Assembly (NCBI GenBank): GCA_015487815.1
Contig: WFPA01000074.1
Coordinates: 1 to 48,515, forward strand
From: Albidovulum sp.
GTDB lineage: Bacteria; Pseudomonadota; Alphaproteobacteria; Rhodobacterales; Rhodobacteraceae
Reading direction: 5' to 3'
DNA length: 48,515 nt
How positions within the stretch are numbered: position 1 is the stretch's first letter; each line of letters starts with the position of its first letter. A program made the position numbers and the translations under genes. The notes under the pieces were generated by a model. That model did not search any database. It was not told the DNA's origin and saw only the letters and a program-made list of their open reading frames with translations. Below, one piece after another: positions 43,413-48,515 of the stretch.

Positions 43413-44630
43413 CTAACCCCGCACCAGCGCCATCAGATTGACGCCGGGGTCGGCGAGAGCCGCCGGGTCGGGGGTGCGGCCGGCTTCGAGGAGCCGCTTG
43501 CCGACCATGTAGGCCCGCGGGTCGTTGATGGCATCGACGGCGAGGAATTCGTCGCCGCGGAAATACCAGTGCGAACGCCCCGCCCCGCTCTCGCGCACGA
43601 TGATGCGGTCATGCCCCTGACCCAGCCCGGCGATCTGGAGCTTCACATCGGCCTGATCGGACCAGAACCACGGCACCGGGTCGTAGGGCGTGCCGCGGCC
43701 CAGCATGTCGCGCGCCACCGCCTCGGCCTGTTCGATGGCGTTCTGCACGCTCTCGAGGCGGATCCGCCGACCACGCCAGGGAAAGACGGTGCAGTCGCCC
43801 GCGGCCCAGATAGCCGGAGCGGATGTGCGGCCGAAAGCATCGACGAGGATGCCCTGCGCCACCTCGAGGCCGGCCGTCTCGGCAAGGGCCGTCTCGGGTT
43901 CGACCCCGATGCCGACGAGCACGAGGTCGGTTTCGATGGTCCGCCCGTCCGCGAGCGTCACGTGGCTGACGCGCTCGAGCCCGCCGATGTCGGTGATCTG
44001 CGCATCGGTGATGACGGTGACGCCGCGGCTGCGGTGAAAGGCGGTGAACCATTCGGCGGTCTCGGCACAGGCGACGCGGGCGAGGATCCGTGGCGCCGCC
44101 TCGATCAGCGTCACATCGAGCCCGCGGTCACGGGCGACGGCCGCCGCCTCGAGACCGATATAGCCGCCGCCGATGATGACGAGCCGGCGCCCGGCAACCA
44201 TTTCGGGGGCGAGGGCGTCGGCATCGGCCAGCGTCCGCAGCACATGCACCCCGACAGGCGGACGGCCAGCCGCGAAGAGCGCGTCGGGCAGCATCCGGGG
44301 TCGGGCGCCGGTGACGAGGGCGATCCCGTCGAAGGAAAGGGTCTCGCCGCTCTCGAGCGTCACCGCGCGTCTCGCGGCATCGAGCGCCATCGCCCTGGTG
44401 CCGAGGTGGAGGGTGATGCCCTGTTCTTCATAGAAGCTTCCGGGGCGCAGGAAGAGCCGCTCCCTCGGCCATTCGCCGAGAAGATACTTCTTCGAGAGTG
44501 GCGGGCGCTGGTAGGGCGGTGCGTCCTCGGCGCCGATGAGGGTGATGGCTCCCCCGAACCCTTCCTCGCGCAGCTTCGCCGCGAGCGCCGCCGCCGCCTG
44601 TCCGCCGCCGATGATGCCGATCCGCTCCAT
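43413..44630 (-). CDS. FAD-dependent pyridine-nucleotide-disulfide oxidoreductase (ferredoxin/rubredoxin-NAD+ reductase type)
   Basis: ATG at 44630 after GGGAGA. Motifs IGIIGGGQAA, YQRPPLSK, VIIGGGYIGLEAA and WAAGDC. Confidence 0.85.
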   Translation of the reverse strand: MERIGIIGGGQAAAALAAKLREEGFGGAITLIGAEDAPPYQRPPLSKKYLLGEWPRERLFLRPGSFYEEQGITLHLGTRAMALDAARRAVTLESGETLSFDGIALVTGARPRMLPDALFAAGRPPVGVHVLRTLADADALAPEMVAGRRLVIIGGGYIGLEAAAVARDRGLDVTLIEAAPRILARVACAETAEWFTAFHRSRGVTVITDAQITDIGGLERVSHVTLADGRTIETDLVLVGIGVEPETALAETAGLEVAQGILVDAFGRTSAPAIWAAGDCTVFPWRGRRIRLESVQNAIEQAEAVARDMLGRGTPYDPVPWFWSDQADVKLQIAGLGQGHDRIIVRESGAGRSHWYFRGDEFLAVDAINDPRAYMVGKRLLEAGRTPDPAALADPGVNLMALVRG

Positions 44631-44800
44631 GGTTTCTCCCGCTCGCCGCTGCCCCATCCTTCTGCCCGATGGGCGGGGCGGCCTCAAGCGCTGTCGAAGC
44701 AATGCCGCTTCTCGTGTCTCTGCCCGGTGACGGAGAGCCGACGCGCCGCCGAGGCGGTCCCGGCACCGCCGGCCGCGCCCGGGCGGAAAGGCGAAGGGCG

Positions 44801-45340
44801 TCAGTCCGGCGCGCCGACCGCTCCGGCCTCTCGCCAGGGACGGGGCGACAGATCATAGGGCAGATAGAGCGGATGGCGCGGATGCCCCGCCCGGGTCAGC
44901 CCCAGATGATGAAGGGCGATGCCGGCCGCGCGCAGCATCCGGGCGACCGCCGGCCCGCGTCCGCGATGGGAGCCATGCACACCCCAGGCGCAGAGCACGA
45001 GATCGGCTTCGCGCGCAGCCCCGACGAGCACGGCGTCGTTCATCGGGCCGACCGGATCGGCAACCCGTTTCAGCCGCGCGGGATCGGTTTCGCGCCAGGC
45101 GAAGAGGTTGCAGGCGATGAAACCGGCAAAGCCCAGCCGCTCGGCCCGCCGCGCGCAGCGGGCGATGGTCGGGTCGTTGGCGGCTTCGGTGGCCGTCGAT
45201 GGGTTGAGCATGACGTAGAGCAGCAGGCCGTGCCCGCCTTGCCAGCGCCGCTCGAGGCGGTAGCGATATTTCATGCAGGGCGACCAGAGCGCGCAGCTCG
45301 AGATACCGTCTTCCTCGTGGCTTCGCAGGACGAGCGCCAT
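44801..45340 (-). CDS. DUF1643 domain protein
   Basis: Blocks YRYRLERRW, LLYVMLNPSTA..ANDPTIARC, GF..CNLFA, LCAWG and GHPRHPLY match my recollection of DUF1643. The start is ATG 45340 or GTG 45346, 7-13 nt after the truB stop. Confidence 0.65.
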   Translation of the reverse strand: MALVLRSHEEDGISSCALWSPCMKYRYRLERRWQGGHGLLLYVMLNPSTATEAANDPTIARCARRAERLGFAGFIACNLFAWRETDPARLKRVADPVGPMNDAVLVGAAREADLVLCAWGVHGSHRGRGPAVARMLRAAGIALHHLGLTRAGHPRHPLYLPYDLSPRPWREAGAVGAPD

Positions 45341-45352
45341 GCCCACCGGGCC

Positions 45353-46276
45353 TCAGTTGCGGATGATTCGCTGGGGGAAGACCCGCGTCGGGTAAAGCTC
45401 GCCGCCCTTGTAGGTGCCGATGGCCACGGCCTCGCCGCCGAGCGAGGCCCAGGCCTCCTCGCCATATTCGGCCTCGGTGGCGATGACCGGGGCGGGATTG
45501 CCGTGGCGCAGCTTTGCCGCCGCCTCGGGTGTTACCCGCGCCTCGGGCAACTCGCCGAGCCCCGCCTCGAGCGGCAGCAGCAGATCGTCGATTGCCGGCG
45601 TGCCCGCCCGGGCCTCGACCTCGGCAAGCGGTACCATGTCCTCCTCGTCGAACGGGCCGGCCCAGATGCGCCTGAGCGCCGAGACATGGCCAAAGCAGCC
45701 GAGTTTCTCGCCGAGGTCACGGGCGATGGCGCGCACATAGCCGCCCTTGCCGCAGACCATCTCGAGCTCGACATGATCGGCATCGGGCCGGTCGATCATC
45801 TCGAGCGATTCAACATAGAGCGGCCGCGCCTCGAGTTCGACGTCCTCACCGGCCCGGGCGCGCTTGTAGGCGCGTTCGCCGTCGATCTTCACCGCCGAGA
45901 AGGCCGGTGGCACCTGCATGATCTCGCCGACGAATTCGGGCAGCGCGGCGCGGATCTCCTCGTCGGAAGGCCGCTGCTCCGAAGTGGCGATCACCTCGCC
46001 CTCGGCGTCGTCGGTATTGGTCGCCGCGCCCAGGCGCACCGTGAAGCGGTAGGCCTTGAGGGCGTCGGTGACATAGGGGACGGTCTTCGTGGCCTCGCCG
46101 AAGGCAATCGCCAGAAGCCCGGTGGCCAGCGGATCGAGCGTGCCGGCATGACCGGCCTTGCGGGCATTGAAGGCCCGCTTGACGGTGTTGACCACGGCGG
46201 TCGAGGTCATGCCCTCCGGCTTGTCGATGATCAGCCAGCCGCTCACATTGCGGCCCGTCTTGCGCCTTCTACCCAT
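45353..46276 (-). CDS. truB: tRNA pseudouridine(55) synthase TruB
   Basis: Motifs [27 protein letters not shown] and the PUA-like C-terminus. Confidence 0.95.
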   Translation of the reverse strand: MGRRRKTGRNVSGWLIIDKPEGMTSTAVVNTVKRAFNARKAGHAGTLDPLATGLLAIAFGEATKTVPYVTDALKAYRFTVRLGAATNTDDAEGEVIATSEQRPSDEEIRAALPEFVGEIMQVPPAFSAVKIDGERAYKRARAGEDVELEARPLYVESLEMIDRPDADHVELEMVCGKGGYVRAIARDLGEKLGCFGHVSALRRIWAGPFDEEDMVPLAEVEARAGTPAIDDLLLPLEAGLGELPEARVTPEAAAKLRHGNPAPVIATEAEYGEEAWASLGGEAVAIGTYKGGELYPTRVFPQRIIRN

Positions 46277-46363
46277 CGTTCTCCGCCTGTCGTTGTCGGG
46301 GGCATCCGTCGGCCCGTTGCCGGGATCGGGGGGCGATAGACCGGATGGGCCGGCAAATCAAGC

Positions 46364-46379
46364 GTGACGGCCCCGTCAC
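46364..46379 (-). other. Hairpin in the rbfA-truB spacer (attenuator or partial terminator candidate)
   Basis: GTGACGG-CC-CCGTCAC. On the minus strand it is followed by GCTTGATTTG. Confidence 0.3.
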
Positions 46380-46428
46380 CTCCTGCGATCCCGGCGGCCG
46401 GGACCGCGAGAGGTATTCGACCGTCCCC

Positions 46429-46872
46429 TCAGTTCTCCCCGTTGTCGCTGTTCCCCTCATCGGCATGCCCTTCCTCCGGGGCGCCATTCTCGACGTCACG
46501 CCGGAGCTTCTCGTCGGAGAAGAGCGCCCGCGCATGGTCGAGATGATCGAAGATCGGGTCGGGGCGGAAGCGGAAGTCGGGCGGATACTTCACCCGAAGA
46601 TCCTTGCCGACCAGACGGCGGATCGCCGGCCGGTTGCGGGCAAGGGCCTCGATGGCGGCTTCGACCCCTTCTCCACCCAGCGGCTGGACATAGGCGGTGG
46701 CGATGCGCAGATCGGGCGACATCCGCACCTCGCCCACCGTGATCGACATGGCGTTGAGTTCCGGGTCGTGGACCTCGCCGCGCATCAGGATCTCGGCGAG
46801 GCGCCGGCGCACCAGCTCTCCCATCCTCAGCTGGCGGGTCGAGGGCCCCTTGCCACGGGAATACTTCTTCAT
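46429..46872 (-). CDS. rbfA: Ribosome-binding factor A
   Basis: ATG at 46872 ([48 protein letters not shown]). Acidic C-terminal tail. Confidence 0.9.
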   Translation of the reverse strand: MKKYSRGKGPSTRQLRMGELVRRRLAEILMRGEVHDPELNAMSITVGEVRMSPDLRIATAYVQPLGGEGVEAAIEALARNRPAIRRLVGKDLRVKYPPDFRFRPDPIFDHLDHARALFSDEKLRRDVENGAPEEGHADEGNSDNGEN

Positions 46873-47008
46873 CCGTCCGGTCCTTTCGCTTGCGCTCCAC
46901 ATAGGGGCGGGGGCGGAGCCGTGCAAGCGCCACCTTTCGCGCTGTGCGGCGAGGCGCTATGAGAAGCCGGGCTGCACCCACAGGTCGGGCGCGAAGAAGG
47001 AGGACGCC

Positions 47009-47830
47009 ATGAGCGACGAGAAGATGCCGATTGCCGTCATGGGGGCCTCGGGCCGCATGGGGCGGATGCTGATCGAGGTGGTGGACGAAAGCGACCGGGC
47101 CGAACTCGTCGGCGTGACCGAGCGGCCGGGCCACCCCTGGGTGGGCAAGGATCTCGGCGAATGCCTCGGCGGCGCGCCGCGCGGGCTCGTCGTCACCGAC
47201 GATCCGCTCGAGGCCATTGCCCCGGCGCGCGGCGTGCTCGACTTCACCACGCCGGCCGCGACCCTCGCCCATGCCGAGATTGCGGCGCAGGCGCGGGCGG
47301 TTCATGTCATCGGCACCACCGGCTTTGCACCCGAAGATCTGGAGAAGATCTCCGCCGCTGCGCGCCACGCCACCGTCATCCGCGCCGGCAACATGAGCCT
47401 CGGGGTCAACCTGCTGACGGTGCTGGTCGAGAAGGTGGCGCGGGCGCTCGATGCCGATTTCGACATCGAGATCATCGAGGCCCATCACCGCCACAAGGTC
47501 GATGCACCTTCGGGCACGGCGCTGATGCTGGGGGAGGCGGCCGCCGCGGGGCGCGGGGTCGATCTTGCCGAGGTGGCCGACCGGGCGCGCGACGGCATCA
47601 CCGGGCCGCGCAAGAGGGGGCATATCGGTTTTGCCGTCATCCGCGGCGGCGACATCGTCGGCGAGCACGAGGTGCTTTTCGCGGGGGAGGGGGAACGGAT
47701 CTCGCTCAAGCACATCGCCACCGACCGGCGCATCTTCGCCCGCGGCGCCTTGAAGGCGGCGCTATGGGGGCGCGGCAGGGGGCCGGGGGAATTCACCATG
47801 CGCGACGTGCTCGGGCTCGGCGAGAGCTGA
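47009..47830 (+). CDS. dapB: 4-hydroxy-tetrahydrodipicolinate reductase
   Basis: GAAGGAGGA RBS. Motifs [27 protein letters not shown] and [10 protein letters not shown]. Confidence 0.95.
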   Translation: MSDEKMPIAVMGASGRMGRMLIEVVDESDRAELVGVTERPGHPWVGKDLGECLGGAPRGLVVTDDPLEAIAPARGVLDFTTPAATLAHAEIAAQARAVHVIGTTGFAPEDLEKISAAARHATVIRAGNMSLGVNLLTVLVEKVARALDADFDIEIIEAHHRHKVDAPSGTALMLGEAAAAGRGVDLAEVADRARDGITGPRKRGHIGFAVIRGGDIVGEHEVLFAGEGERISLKHIATDRRIFARGALKAALWGRGRGPGEFTMRDVLGLGES

Positions 47831-47925
47831 TCTCGGGCCGTCGACGCCCCTTGTCCCGATGGAGGGCCGGGGCGGGACCTGACCCGACGCGGCTGCTCCG
47901 CCTCGCCCGGAAAGCGGGGCCCTGC

Positions 47926-48159
47926 TCAGAAGTCGGAAATGATGCCGTTCTTCTCCCAGTCGCCGTAGCGGGTGGGTTCGGGGCCGTCGCGCCCGCCGAG
48001 TTCTTTCGGCATCCGCCGCGCCTTCATGCGCCGCCGCCGCTCCTCGGCTTCGGCCAGGGCCCGGCGGGCCGCGGGCGGCAGCGGGCGGTCATCGCGCCCC
48101 TTCTTGCGGTCTTCGGGCAGATCGCTGGCGGTGGGTTCGGGCCGCGATGTCTCGGCCAT
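47926..48159 (-). CDS. DUF1674 (SDHAF4-like) small protein
   Basis: ATG at 48159 after AAGGAG. The C-terminus ..KELGGRDGPEPTRYGDWEKNGIISDF is the characteristic DUF1674 ending. Confidence 0.75.
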   Translation of the reverse strand: MAETSRPEPTASDLPEDRKKGRDDRPLPPAARRALAEAEERRRRMKARRMPKELGGRDGPEPTRYGDWEKNGIISDF

Positions 48160-48241
48160 GGACGGGCTCCTTCTGGCATTTCCCCGGTTTGCTGCCCATG
48201 TTAGCGCCGAAGCCATGCGAGGGGCAATCGGAGAGGACGAC

Positions 48242-48515
48242 ATGGATGCGGCACAGGGGGTTCGGGCGCGGCAGCGCGCGGCGCAGCTGATCGACCGGGT
48301 GACGCTCGAAAGGATGCCGCTCGAGGAGGGCGCGCCGGAGCTGGCCGGTCTTGCGGCCCCCGATCGGGCCGAGGCGCTGCGTCTTGCCCGCAGCACCCTG
48401 CGCCATCTGGGACGGGCCGATGCGGTGCTCGACGGGCTCTTGCGCAAGAAGCCGCCCGCCCCGGTCAGGAACCTCCTGCGCCTCGGCGCGACCGAGATCC
48501 TGGCCGAAGGGAGCC
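48242..48515 (+). CDS. RsmB/NOP2/Sun-family RNA methyltransferase, N-terminal (NusB-like) part; 3' end lies outside the window
   Basis: ATG at 48242 after GGAGAGGA, open to the window end. Translation MDAAQGVRARQRAAQLIDRV..LARSTLRHLGRADAVLDGLL..VRNLLRLGATEILAEG resembles the RsmB N-terminal domain. It is not in the ORF track because there is no stop. Confidence 0.55.
   Translation, partial: MDAAQGVRARQRAAQLIDRVTLERMPLEEGAPELAGLAAPDRAEALRLARSTLRHLGRADAVLDGLLRKKPPAPVRNLLRLGATEILAEGS

Noticed and set aside
1-48515. Search for CRISPR arrays, tandem repeats, IS elements and MITE-like dispersed repeats.
   Set aside because: Reading both strands by eye, I found no regularly spaced direct repeats, no terminal inverted repeats bounding an ORF, and no transposase-like translation. 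A computational repeat finder would be needed to exclude short dispersed repeats.

Overview
The window is a GC-rich, densely coded stretch of alphaproteobacterial chromosome. The gene content looks Rhodobacterales- or Rhizobiales-like: MbfA, a PetP/PetR-type MarR plus OmpR pair, DUF1674, and rlmH-rsfS and gpmI-envC-ctpA arrays. I call about 51 protein genes, one tRNA-Pro(CGG), a few intrinsic terminators and several sigma70-like promoter candidates.

Most genes are housekeeping:
- RNA modification and ribosome: rlmN, queG, rlmH, rsfS, rsmD, truB, rbfA and the rsmB start.
- Core metabolism: leuB, ilvE, dapB, gpmI.
- Envelope: two L,D-transpeptidases, a CAP lipoprotein, envC, ctpA, mlaA and mlaC.
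- DNA: recQ.
- Transport: a five-gene peptide/nickel-type ABC importer divergent from an M19 dipeptidase, and a Liv-type ABC operon with an embedded acyl-CoA synthetase.

I see no CRISPR array, transposase, integrase, phage gene, recognisable defence gene or clear foreign-composition island. I cannot point to a well-supported novel system.

The best leads are:
1. An untracked 59-aa secreted/anchored sORF with its own promoter and terminator, inside an L,D-transpeptidase/CAP cluster.
2. A translationally coupled mbfA-AEC-HAD-OCD operon whose HAD member has Glu in place of the nucleophile Asp.
3. An uncharacterised SAM methyltransferase coupled 1 nt behind rppH.
4. A DUF1643 gene directly behind truB, the position rpsO holds in the E. 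coli operon, followed by a coupled ferredoxin-reductase-rsmD-recQ trio.

The many long ORFs antisense to real genes, and the N-terminal extensions in the ORF track, are high-GC artefacts. Start codons were re-picked by hand from RBS position and 4-nt stop/start overlaps. No database search or computation was possible, so all family calls rest on motif recognition.
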